Source of the DNA: Hormiphora californensis
Taxonomy: Eukaryota; Animalia; Ctenophora
Direction of reading: 5' to 3'
DNA: 64,000 bases
Assembly: GCA_020137815.1 (NCBI GenBank)
Contig: CM035351.1
Coordinates: 6,262,001 to 6,326,000 of the forward strand
Shown: positions 13,990-25,720 of the stretch, piece by piece
Position numbering within the stretch: position 1 is the stretch's first letter
Layout: every line of letters starts with the position of its first letter
Program-made: the position numbers and the translations under genes
Notes under the pieces: model-generated
Seen by the model: only the letters and a program-made list of their open reading frames with translations
What the model was told of the DNA's origin: nothing
The model's database searches: none

Positions 13990-15134
13990 TTATTTGCAGG
14001 TGTGAGTCTCCTGTGGGTTAGTGTGAGGCAGGAACTCTATCAAGCCCATCGTCTCTTCACACGGATAGGAATACAGCTCACAATCCACCTTCATAAACTT
14101 GTTATACGCCTTCTTGACGGTCTCAAAAGGGACGCTACTATAAAACACATCCACGCAGTCCCTCGTCTTGCCCCGGACATTTAGTGATGTCTGAAAGTCC
14201 AGATTCAGATAACTTCGTTCAACTTTCTGGAACAGATAATCAGCTTCCTCGCTCAGTTTCTCCAATCTCAGGATGTTGTAATCAATGGTACATGGTCCAC
14301 ACTGTTTGTAGATTGTGATTAGATGTGGGTCCTTACCGTCATCCAGAGACCACTGTACAAACTCATAGAATGTAGGACCAGGGGGAGTTAGGTAGGGGTT
14401 AGTATCATCCCATAGCTCAATACTCCCCCCACCAGCACCTAATATCACCTTCCTAGCTGCAGCTAGTTGTTCCTTTTTCTTCTCATCACCTCCAGGTACC
14501 ACCCTGTATTTACTGACGATACTCTCCCCTAACCGATCATAGTACCACGCTATATTCCCCATCTCGAACTTGTCCCGGTAAGCGCTGAGGTATCTGTTAA
14601 TAGGGGTTCCTTACCACCATGAAAGGGGAGGCCCAGTTCCCGCTCTGTGGCTGCGCTCCACTTAAAGGGGACCTGTTTAGATAGGAACCTTGCTGCCGGG
14701 TTGCTCGCCCTCAACCTGTGCATGTTACACTGTTTGTACGCCTCATGGTTGTACGTTTCTTTGCAGATCAGATCTAGCCAGTTGGAGCTGCCTGCTTTGA
14801 ATGTTGGACACCAGGTCAGCCCCAGCATGGGTACAGCCACAATGTCATAAGGTTTCTTGATGGCTGCAGCGGGGTGGTGTGGTTGAGAGCACACTTCCTT
14901 TACCCGAGCTGACCGACTGTTGAACCGGCCCTGGATCACGTTCTCAATGTGGTTCACTTCTGTCTCGTCAGGGATGGAGGTGGGGGTGGCCTGGTCTGAT
15001 ATTGGTAGGGGAGGGGGCCCTGAAGGGGACCCCGAGGGGGCGGTGGAGAAGGTGTAGTTGGAGAAGAGAGTGATATTAACTACTACCAATAGGAGAATCA
15101 GGAGACCTTTAACGAAGAAGGAGGCCCGAGACAT
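13990..15134 (-). CDS. Golgi carbohydrate sulfotransferase (Sulfotransfer_2/CHST family), type II membrane protein, single exon with 2 frameshifts
   Basis: N-terminal TM segment and 5'-PSB motif WCPTFKAGSSNW. After removing two inserted bases the 3'-PB motif reads FMVVRNPYNRYLSAYRDKF. Later motifs CGPCTIDY.I..LE and DCELYSY. Confidence 0.85.
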
Positions 15135-15493
15135 GGCCCCTAGTACACACCTATAACAGGGGACAGGGTTATTATTGGAGAACTAAATAATAAAACTAAT
15201 AAATTATATGATAAACGAATAAATTGTGTCTTAATTACTTGTTTCACTGCTTCAGTTTTTTACGTAGTACAATTACAATTGTTCTGGAAATTCATATACA
15301 ATACAAAAAGTCTTTACTACTTAATACTTTTACGTGATATCATGCTCCCATACCCCCTCCCATATATGAATAAAATATATCCCGAACACCACCCGGCTCC
15401 CCAATATCATTTTCGAAATGACCTTTCACAAGTGTACAACAGCTGCACACACACACACACATGCCTCACTATAACACACACACAGAATATATA

Positions 15494-16157
15494 TCAGCTA
15501 GCGAAGACATTGCCAAATTGTTCATCATATTCTCGAATAAGAGCCCTCTCCAGTATCACTTGGCCCTCCTTGTACTGTTGGGTTCCTTCCTCTGCGAACT
15601 CGTACATCCAACCAATTTTTGTCTGAAATGGGACAAGGGGATAATGGGATGGTTGTTTTATGAAGGAGCACACTACACGATCACACACACACAGCGCGTT
15701 AGTGGTGGTGGAGGGAGTACGAGGTATATACACTGAATCTGTCTGCATCTGTCTTTATCTCTCTTGTTTTTGTCAAAATCGTCCACTCTCGTCTGTCTTG
15801 TCCTCTTCTTTTTTCTTCTCTCTTTTTTTCAGTCATCAGTCTGCACAGGTAGCAATTACAATCGGCGTGCAGGGGTTGGTATACCATATATTCTAGAGGT
15901 ACTCGAGAGTGAGATCGATCATATTTCCTCGATTCCAGTGCTATCAACGATTAGTTGCCGTTCCAGGATTACCTTCCCCTCTTTATACCTCTGTCCCTCC
16001 ACCATTGCATACTCATACATCCATCCCACACGGTTCTGGGGTTACAGTGAAAAAAGGAGCACTGTGTTGCGCTTGCCAGCACAAAGTTTTTAATTTTCGA
16101 CACAATATGTAAAAACCCTGATCTAACCTATTAAACTGATATAGTGAGGGGAAACAG

Positions 16158-16243
<86 letters not shown>

Positions 16244-16264
16244 GGAGAGACAGAGAGAGACAGA

Positions 16265-16303
<39 letters not shown>

Positions 16304-16775
16304 GAACTATACCTACCTTGCACTTCTTGCAACTGACATCCCGTACAATGTGCCGACCAGTTAACATCATTCTCTCATGTTTCTCACTCATAACCAGATT
16401 TACCACCTGAGGGACAGGATACAGAAATTAGACAGAAATTACCCCATACAATAGACAGTTTATTGGTATAGGACAACAACAATTATACTACAGGGCATAT
16501 TGAGGTAAAATGAGACACAGTTTATAAATATGATGGTGCACCCACGGGGGGGGGGGGGGGGGGGGATAACATGATGACCAATAATAGTAACGGGCGGGGG
16601 TGGGGGATAACATGGCTGATGCTGATGAACCAACCTTCTTAAAAAGAAAGGCTCGTCCTGTAGAGCCGGTGAATCGTGTTGAAACAAGGTAGTCTCTGTT
16701 AGTAAGGACTGTACTACACTTTGCACACGAGTACAGTCTTGTCCCACCAGGGTGTTCTAAAAACAACTTTCCCAT
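15494..16775 (-). CDS. YPEL5: Yippee-like 5; 3 exons (16635-16775, 16317-16406, 15494-15622)
   Basis: Spliced protein [20 protein letters not shown]...[20 protein letters not shown]...[30 protein letters not shown]...[15 protein letters not shown], which closely matches the YPEL5 consensus. Confidence 0.93.
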
Positions 16776-17023
16776 TCCTATATACAGTGAGTTAAATGAG
16801 AGAAAGAGACTGGCAATGAGTCAATAATACACAAAACCATTAAAATGGAAACACAAGATCTTCTCTTATACATGTCATGAAATGTCAAAAGAAAAAAACA
16901 AAAGGTAAATCCAGCCAATCAAACATACACACGCAAATCAATTATACATATCCTGCTGTATTTATCATCAAAAGTTACAATCATGAATCACACCCCCCGA
17001 TAATATTAATTAGTTCTAATAAG

Positions 17024-19895
17024 TTACCCAAAAATATCGTTTAAGTCAAGTTGTGGATTGGGAGCTGGCTGTTTTGGCTGGCTGCTCATCTGGTTTAGAG
17101 AGGGAGGAGGTGGTTTGGCACCAAATATATTGTCCAAACTGGCCATATTGGTAGGACCTGCCATCCCTCCCATCTGCTGCATATTACCACCCATCTGCAT
17201 ACTACTACTCATCTGCATACTACCACCCGGTGGCGCATTCATCATATTACCACCCATATTACCACCCATTCCTCCCATAGTGCTGCCACCCATTCCACTG
17301 TGTGTCATTCCTCCTCCAAATCCATTGCTGCCCATGTTGCTGCCCATATTGCTGCCCATATTGCTGCCCATATTGCTGCCCATATTGCTGCCCATATTGC
17401 TGCCCATATTGCTGCCCATATTGCTGCCCATATTGCTGCCTATATTGTTGCCCATATTGCTGCCCATACCTTGGAAACCATTAGTTGCCATTCCGTAATT
17501 AGGGCCACTGTTGGAGTACCCCATTGTGCCCATATTGCCCATTGAGCTCATATTGCCCATTGAGCCCATATTGCCCATTGGAGCTGCTGCCATTGAAGCC
17601 CCAAATGATCCCATCTGACCTCCCATCTGGTTACCGAGTTGTTGCCCTCCCATTTGCTGACCTCCCATTGGCTGACCTCCCATTGGCTGACCTCCCATTT
17701 GACCTCCGAAAGAGCCCAGAGAAGTTATGGATCCCCCTCCTCCTGTATTAGAGGTGAGAGGGGCACTACTAAAGCCGGTACTGGAAGCCCCGCTAGATTT
17801 CCTACTTCCACCACTACTAGCCATACCACCAGGAACCCTGGGTGCAGTACCCGGGGAGGACACCATACCAAACATACTGGAGTCAAATGTTTTAGGTTTA
17901 GAAACAGGAGGAGGGACATCAGCCAGTCTATCATAGTCCACCTTCCTAACTGGGGCTGTAGTATTAGCTGGTTTACTAGTGGCTGGTTTACCCACTGGGC
18001 TGAGAAGTTCTGAGGTTGGTTTAGGGGCAGCTGGTTTATCGTCCCTTCCAAACATTTGGTCCATCTTAGCTACCAGATCCCCGACCTGTTTGTTTTCTGA
18101 GACCTCCTTAGAGAAAGACAAACTCTGCTCCTGCTCACTCTTGGTCTTCTCAAACTGTTTTAGTTTTCCCAATTGTTCAGTTTCAACTTTAGATATCATA
18201 TCCTTCACAACACAGAGGGCCGTGCTGAACTGTTGTACGTTCAGTGCGGGTGAAACAAGCAGAGGGAAGAGTATCGGGATACACCTATTTGCCAATATGT
18301 CCTTGTCCAGAAGGGTTGATTTGTGTTTCAGTAGTTTCTGGTAAATGCCCACAATGCTCATCAACACTGCTGGTTCACGGGAGGGGACCTGTTCTAAAAG
18401 CGGCAGGATCATATCAATAGCAAGACTTCGATCCAACAGAGAGCTGTCTATCACCTTGGCAACACATATCAAACTAGCAACTCTAATCTTAAGAAGTCGA
18501 GTCTCCAGACAGCAGATCTTAACTTTGGGAAGGAGCTGATGACGGAGCGTGGAGTAATCCATCAGATCCACTATCTCTGGAACTAGTTTCAATACTGTTT
18601 CCTGGAGTTCTACCATTGGCGTCTCCAGACTTCGAAACAGAACGGGCAGTACCAGGGTCTTGGCTTCCTCCAGCCGGGATTTACTGATGATAAGATGGAG
18701 ATTCTGGATGATGATAAGGGGGATATGGGGAGGATCGGTGAGAGGGAAAATGTTATTGAGACCTGGGGAAATGTGTTGCTGAAAATCTCCTGGTTCCAGG
18801 TCTGCCCCTATATGAAACACACTTGGTAAAATAAACGGAATGAGATCTATTTCCTTACACGACTCAAACAACTGAGCACAGATCCGCTTTTTGCGTACCA
18901 CAATTGGTATCCTGGGTAGAATAGAAGGAAGTTCCTTGAAAAACGATACTTTCTGTGTCCTATTCTTTAGCATTATGTGGTCCAGGAACTGAAGGGCAAC
19001 GGCACCTACATCACTTAGGAAGTCAGCATTCTGTAACGCTTCAATCTGTAGTCTGGCAGTTGGAGACAGGGAGAGGAGAGATTTGATATCCGACTGTGCT
19101 TCCTCTGGCACACTGCCCAGAGAGGTGAGGGGCATTTGAGCTATCTCATCTGCCCTCATTATAGCTGATCGTGCGGTGTCACCCGTCCGTAGTGTAACAC
19201 CCCGGTTAAAGAGCGAGTATATCAAACACCCCACACTATACATATCACCGGGCGTATCTCCAAACTTCATTGTAAACAACTCGGGGGCAATGCAGCTGAT
19301 TCTGGGCTGACTGAAATGGGGCTCATTATCGAAGAATACAAACTCAGGGGGTGGTGGTTCACTGCTCTCCCCTGAAACGACACTAAACTCAAACCCAAAT
19401 AACTTCCACAGGCCCTGAGAGTTGATGACAACAGAGTCCAAGCAGATATTACGATGACATCGTTTTCAGGTCGTTGTGAAGGAATGCTAGACCATCCAAT
19501 AGCTGCAATATTCCATACCGCACTTCTACATCTGTCATACAGCCTGTCTTTACTGCATTAGCAAGGGACTCGGTGCATGGCTCTGTTGCAAATGCCAAAC
19601 TGTCTCTACTTTCCTCTAGCGGGTGTTGAACTGTTAAAAACTTGGGATGCCGTACCTTCGTTAAAAGTTTAACCCCTGTTCGATACTTCTCCAAAATGTA
19701 CTCTCGATTGTTTTTGTTCATTTTATCAAAAATCTTCTTTGACAGAAGGAACACTGACACATTTTCCCGTGTTGATCGCTTGATTGCGTTGTGTATAACC
19801 CATGGTCCAGCCTGGGTGACTACATTTTGCATCTCGAACTCCTTAATTAAGGGGTTGCTAACTACAGCGTTAGCAATCTTGTTGAGAAACTCCAT
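17024..19895 (-). CDS. SCYL2: SCY1-like protein 2 (pseudokinase, HEAT repeats, low-complexity G/M/N tail), single exon with 1 frameshift
   Basis: LTKVRHPKFLTVQHPLEESRDSLAFATEP, GILQLLDGLAFLHN, HRNIC (after removing 1 nt at about 19463-19466), WKLFGFEF and PSREPAVLMSIVGIY. Confidence 0.92.
17328..17468 (-). repeat. Coding 12-nt tandem repeat encoding (GSNM)n in the SCYL2 tail
   Basis: (attgctgcccat)n on + strand, about 11 units, in frame in ORF 17024-19441. Confidence 0.9.
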
Positions 19896-20024
19896 CCTAA
19901 AAATAAGTGGTTGATTTTAGAAAAAGTGATACAAACTTTGTAGTTTTTACAGTAAATTGAGTGAACAGAAAACTTTATTAACGGCTTTGTAATAAATTAG
20001 TTGTTTATCAATACATAGTAAATT

Positions 20025-20297
20025 TTAGTTTCTCCCGATTTTGAACGGATTTCGAAGAGTCCATTTTCTCTCATCTAGTTTATTCCTTAGTGGTATAGCT
20101 GTCTGTATCTGTTCCTTTGGAGAGTATGCCTTTTTAATGGCCAACAACGTAACCTTCCTCCTTCGGTGTGTCTCCGCCTCTACTACTTTAGCAGGTTTAG
20201 AAGGTCCAGCTTTTTCGAATGATAACTTTGTTATGTGTGTCCAACATCGACATTGAGGGACGAGTAAGGACGCTCGTTTTATTCTTCCCAAAATCAT
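20025..20297 (-). CDS. 90-aa basic protein of unknown function, N-terminus resembles a mitochondrial presequence
   Basis: Clean ATG-TAA ORF co-oriented with the cluster and directly preceded by ttattag|c acceptor-like context. R/K-rich with no acidic residues in the first 27 aa. Confidence 0.5.
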   Translation of the reverse strand: MILGRIKRASLLVPQCRCWTHITKLSFEKAGPSKPAKVVEAETHRRRKVTLLAIKKAYSPKEQIQTAIPLRNKLDERKWTLRNPFKIGRN

Positions 20298-20842
20298 GCT
20301 AATAAATTGGTGGTTATAATTCTTGATAAGAGTAGGACTACTTATTCCCAGAAGGTTGGAGTAGGTTTGACATAGGAGCTGGCAAAGCGTTCACTGTACT
20401 TTAACAAAAATTAAACAAGGAATCGAAGACGAGATAGGCTAAAACTAAATAATAAACTCAGATGTCTCCCGTGTCCTGAGACAGCGACATTTTTCTGGTT
20501 CTAAACCATCATCATCATCATCACAAAAATACTTAATATTCCGCTTTATAGCTTTTACTTGTCAGAAAAGTTCTTACATATGCTAGAATAGAAACTAACG
20601 GCTTTCAAAAGCGGTGGAGCTTACTTCGAATCGCCCGGGATCACACACAAATTGTGTATGGGTCCAGGCCATTCGAAGGAGGCTCCAATACCTATAACTC
20701 GAGAAACTACTATAAATATGAAATGTCTGTTGTCAATAATGTCCTGTACAGATACATTTCCTGCAACTATTAGAGTCATGATCTCAATACTGGGGACCTA
20801 AACACGAAAGTTTACAAGTTTACAAGTTTACAAGGACGTAGG

Positions 20843-20997
20843 TAAAGTCGGATTTTTTGAAACTGTCACCCCCCTTTTCGTGCGCGGAATGTTTTTGCGC
20901 GTCACATCACATGTTAACGTGTGGTGTGCGCGTCAAAATTGATAAATTTCACATGCGCGGTCATTTTGGGGTGACAGTTTCAAAAAATCCGACTTTA
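20843..20997. mobile_element. MITE-like element with 30-bp perfect terminal inverted repeats
   Basis: taaagtcggattttttgaaactgtcacccc / ggggtgacagtttcaaaaaatccgacttta. Confidence 0.7.
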
Positions 20998-21289
20998 TGG
21001 TGCAGAGTGTCTCAAAAAGTGTTCCTAAAGTGTCAACCGGTGCACTCAAATCCGTAAGAAAGCGATAAATTTAAATCGGGGCTTCGAGTTTTAAATTTTG
21101 TCTTTTGAAATTTCCGCGATTTTTGATTTTCCCAAAATTAAAATTCGTTTTATTTATTTGCAACGTACACATTTATTTTTTGCGCGTTACATTTAAAAGT
21201 TGCGCGCATTGATTTTATTTTTTCTACGACACCGCGCCGCGCATTAAATTTCAAATTCAAAAGCAAAAGCAATTTAAAGTCGAATTTTT

Positions 21290-21552
21290 TATTTAAGCGA
21301 CAGGCCGCCGCGCATTCAAACATGTCGCGCGGAGTTGTATTTGCGCGTGATAATCGAGATCGAGTTCCTAGCAATCTTAAAACTTGAACCTGGAAGCGTT
21401 GGAAAGATAATTTCAAGACCTTTCCAACGCAACCAAGATCAACTCTTTATCTTATCAGGAACGTGAGATATGAGCGAAAAGGTTTCTCGAATTGTCACGC
21501 GCAAATACAACGCCGCGCGACTTCTTTGAATGCGCGGCGGCCTGTCGCTTAA
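21290..21552. repeat. Approx. 60-bp imperfect inverted repeat pair (foldback/MITE remnant)
   Basis: tttaagcgacaggccgccgcgcattcaaa...tttgcgcgtga versus tcacgcgcaaa...tttgaatgcgcggcggcctgtcgcttaaa. Confidence 0.65.
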
Positions 21553-22161
21553 ATTAAAAATTCAACTTTAAAAAAAAAAACTTAACCTTTTGGCATGCGC
21601 TGCAGACCCCAAGTGCGCGCGTTTTCCACGGCTTCTAGGGGCCTGGGGGTTGGTACGCGCGGTAGACCCCCTTTGAGACACGACATAACTTTGCGACCGT
21701 GATTTCGGCGGGCGCTATATCTCCGGCACCTGAAGTCCGTTTGACAAAATTCCAACGCCAGTCGATAGTCCTTGATGTCTTCTACCTCCCTGTTTTTAAT
21801 TGAAGTTAATTGGCCTTAATTGGCCAGAGTTATGGCCAGTCAAAGTTTTCGCGCGTTACGTCCAAATTTACCTTGCGCGGCTCGTTTTTTATTATTCACT
21901 GCGAATATTCCCGAGTTACGTTGACGTTTGACGTCATATCTCTCTTATTTCTTTATCAATTTCGACGTTCTAAAGCTCGCTGGATAGGAAATTGTCAGCT
22001 CTTTCCAACGGTTCCAAGAACATAAAGATTGGATACAAACTCGTGGAGATATGACTTAAATTGTCTCAAAGTTGAATAATTGACGCCGCGGCGCGTGTTT
22101 AAGCGATATTTTTTCATTTCGTCCCAGCTTGGCCCAGCTTTTGACTTCGTTACAGCTTTAA

Positions 22162-22653
22162 CGTGATTACCAACAACGAATCAGAGAAGCGGAGAGAGGG
22201 GCTTTCACGCCTTTTGTGATGGCTACCTCCGGAGGTTCCGGACCAGAGGCTGGACGACTAATCAAAAAGTTAGCTTCACGCATCTCAACTAAACACAAGG
22301 ACAAATACGCTGAGGTGATTAATTTCTTGAGAACGCGGATACGGTTCTGTCTCCTCAGAAGTACCTTGGTCTCACTGAGGGGCACGAGGAAAAAGTTCAC
22401 GACTCCACCTCCCATCGCAATGTGTGATTTTACTGACTGACTTTTTATTTGTAATATTTATTGTTTATTTGAGTGAGTGATTTTAAGATTTATTTATTTA
22501 TTACTAACCCCAACACCGGGGGCAAATGATCGAACCCAATGTGAATGAGACTCATCGCGATTAACTCTTCATACGGTTACCCCCTTTCTCTCTTCGGCAG
22601 CTTCTCTTCGGCTGTCGGAAAGTGATGCCAATCGGTGTTGGGGTTAGTGAATT
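22162..22653 (+). mobile_element. 5'-truncated non-LTR retrotransposon 3' end (CRE/RLE-type), flanked by a 16-bp TSD
   Basis: Translation E.EKRR...FTPFVMATSGGSGPEA..LIKKLA..ISTK....YAEVINFLRTRIRFCLLRSTLVSLRG matches the C-terminal restriction-like endonuclease region of CRE-clade elements as I recall it. Direct repeat ttcgttacagctttaa at 22146-22161 and 22654-22669. Confidence 0.7.
22503..22649. mobile_element. MITE with TIR actaaccccaacaccg (right end reads CACTA on the - strand), in the 3' tail of the CRE fragment
   Basis: Inverted termini; the right ~105 bp is identical to 28863-28967. Confidence 0.7.
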
Positions 22654-23159
22654 TTCGTTACAGCTTTAAAGTCGACCCGTGGACACTTTTAAAATGTCTT
22701 TAGGACACCTGAAGATGACATATGAGAGACTAGAGAGCGGTGGGCCGGGTGACCTCTCACAGTATGTTGAGAGTACGTAATACCTTGCTGCCACCACTAG
22801 GGTTCACTCACTTTACACTGTCCGACCTTTGTTGTGTAGCTTTATCGGGCATCCTTACCTTTCAATTTTCATCCTTGAATAACTGTAACATAATACTATA
22901 ATACTATGATATAATACTAAATTCCAATTTCAAAGTAGCTACTGGATGACAAAAGCTTCGATAATCGATATGAATGTGATGAGCACTAGGTGTGGTCTGT
23001 GGTCAGTGGTGTGGAAGATACCATCCAAGAAGATACTAAGATCGTTGGTCGTTGCTTTGATGCTCCTGATCTTCAATGCGATCAATTGGAGTTATACTAC
23101 TCTCTTTAAAACTGTAAGTTGAATTCCTTGATTTATTCACCTCATCTCTTTCTCTATCT

Positions 23160-23640
23160 CTCTAGATCTCTCTCTAGATCTCTCTCTAGACCACTCTCTA
23201 GACCTCTCTCTCTAGATCTCTCCCTAGATCTCTCCATGTCCATCTAGATCTCTCCCTAGATCTCTCCATGTCCATCTAGATCTCCATCTCTAGATCTCCA
23301 TCTCTAGATCTCCATCTCTAGATCTCCATCTCTAGATCTCCATCTCTAGATCTCCATCTCTAGATCTCCATCTCTAGATCTCCATCTCTAGATCTCCATC
23401 TCTAGATCTCCATCTCTAGATCTCCATCTCTAGATCTCCATCTCTAGATCTCCATCTCTAGATCTCCATCTCTAGATCTCCATCTCTAGATCTCCATCTC
23501 TAGATCTCCATCTCTAGATCTCCATCTCTAGATCTCCATCTCTAGATCTCCATCTCTAGATCTCCATCTCTAGATCTCCATCTCTAGATCTCCATCTCTA
23601 GATCTCCATCTCCATCTCTCTTTAGACCTCTCTCTCTAGA
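23160..23640 (+). repeat. 14-nt tandem repeat (tctctagatctcca)n with degenerate flanks
   Basis: About 24 perfect units at 23275-23610. Confidence 0.95.
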
Positions 23641-23818
23641 TCTCTCCATCTCCATCTCCATTCTCCAACCTATAATGTGAACCTGCCTGTGTAGTTCCTG
23701 ATGGTGGGAGGGGAGGGGGAGCTATTCTCCTAGTGCCGGCGATATCGCTTCGCGATAGTCCCCTGTAGGCTTGCCGTTGGAAAGCCCAGGCACTCCGTAG
23801 ATAGATAGATAGATCTCC

Positions 23819-23860
<42 letters not shown>

Positions 23861-24204
23861 ACCCCAACTAATCAACATATGGACCCCTTATAACCCACCT
23901 CTGAGCCCTTTTACCTGAGCTCCCTGCTAACCCACCTCTGAATCCCTTCTAGCTCAACTCTGGACCCGCCTTTGAACCCCCTCTGATAGTTTAATCAAAT
24001 GTTAGTAACAAAATACTCTCTCAGATTCCGTTCCGGAAACCAAATTACTGGATCAAGATACTAATATTACTGGGCCAACGTACTATGAGCTAAACACCTG
24101 AGTAGGGGAACCGTTCACAGCTGCTTATCATCGCCAGCAGATCTTTATTGATGGATTCACAGACCCTAGTAAGTGGTTCTAGTCTAGAACTGGGTTAGTA
24201 TGGA

Positions 24205-25720
24205 TCCACCTCTGGACCCCTACTAAGCAACATGTGGACCCCTTCTAGCCCACCTCTGAGTCCTTTTACCTCAGCAGTCAGCTCCTTACTAACTCCCGCT
24301 GAAACCTCTATTATATCTCACCTCTCGACTCTTCTAACCCACCTTTGAAGCCCCTTCTAACCCAACTCTGAACCCTTCCTAAATCAACTCTTAATCCCTT
24401 TTAAACCACCTCTCGACCCCTACTAATTACTAGCCCACTCCTCGAACCCTTCCTACCCACCCTTCAACCCCTTCTAACAAATCTCTCAGCTCCCTAATAA
24501 CCCACCTCCGGACCCCTTCTAACTTACCTCTCGACCCCTTTTAAACCACCCTTTGAACACTTTTAACCCAACTCTAGTACCATTCTGACCCACCTCTCGA
24601 CCCCTAGTAACTCACCTCTGGGCCCCTTTTACCCCCCTTTTGGCCCCTTCTATGTTCTAGCCCACCTCTCGTACCCCTTTTAACCCCTTCTATCCCACCT
24701 CCCGACCTCTACTAACCCATCCCTCGACCCTTTCTAACCCACCTTCCGATAGGTGGGTTAGAAGGGGTCGGACCTTCTAATCCATCTCCCGTACCCCTTC
24801 TAACCCACCTCTCGACCCCTACTAACCCACGGCCACCCTTGGCCCCTTCTAACCCACCTCTCGACCCCTTCTAACTCATCTTTCAACCCACCTCTCGACC
24901 TCTTTTAATCCTCTTTTAATCCACCTTTCGACCCCTTTTTACCCACCTCTCGAGCCCTATTAAGTACTTACCCTTCCCTCGACCCCTTCTAACGACTAAC
25001 CCACTTCTCGACCCCCCCCCCCCCTTCTAACTTACCTCTAGACCCCTTCTAACTCACCCCTCGACCTCTTCTAACTCACCCCTAGACCCCTTCTAACTCA
25101 CCTCTCAACCCCTTTTAACCCACCCCACGAGTCTCGGGTCTCCACCTCTTCTAACCCACCCCTAGACCCCTTCTAAGTCACCTCTCAACCCCTTTTTACC
25201 CACCTCTCCACCTCTACTAAGTACTTACTCTTCCCTCGACCCCGTCTAACCCACCTCTCGACCCCTTCTAACTCATCTTTCAACCCCTTTTAGCCCACCT
25301 CTCGACCCCTTTTAATCCACCTCTCGACCCCTACGAAGTAGTTACCCTTTCCTCGACCCCTTCTAACCCACCTCTCGACCCGTAGTAACTCACCGTGGAC
25401 CCATTAGCCTTCTAAGTTTTAACCCACCTCTCGTACCCCTTCTAACCCACCTCTCGAGTCTCGACCCCCTTTAACCTACCTCTCGTATCCCTTCCCTCGA
25501 CCCCTTCTAAGTTATTACTCACCCCTCGACCTCTTCTAACCCAACTCTCAACCCCTTCTAACCCATCTCTCATACCCCTTCCAACCCATCTCTCGTATCC
25601 CAATTCTATCCCATCTCTGGACCTCTTTTAACCCACATCTCGACCCCTACCAAACCACCAAATCTCTTGACCCTTTCTAACCTACTGCACCTCTCATCAC
25701 CTTTTATCCCACCTAGATTC
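24205..25720 (+). repeat. Degenerate ~22-nt minisatellite (ttctaacccacctctcgacccc)n
   Basis: Recurrent ctaacccacctctcgacccctt motif over about 1.5 kb, with one inverted unit near 24750. Confidence 0.85.

Noticed and set aside
16123-16364. ERERER/SLSLSL ORFs here and at 31108-31695, 51032, 56882-57257 and 58716-59762
   Set aside because: Translations of (GA)n microsatellites.
17058-18539. Plus-strand ORFs such as (CCPY)n and (AAHI)n
   Set aside because: Antisense shadows of the SCYL2 coding repeat.
24099-24101. In-frame TGA as selenocysteine or readthrough
   Set aside because: The same frame also has TAG and TAA, and no SECIS was recognised.
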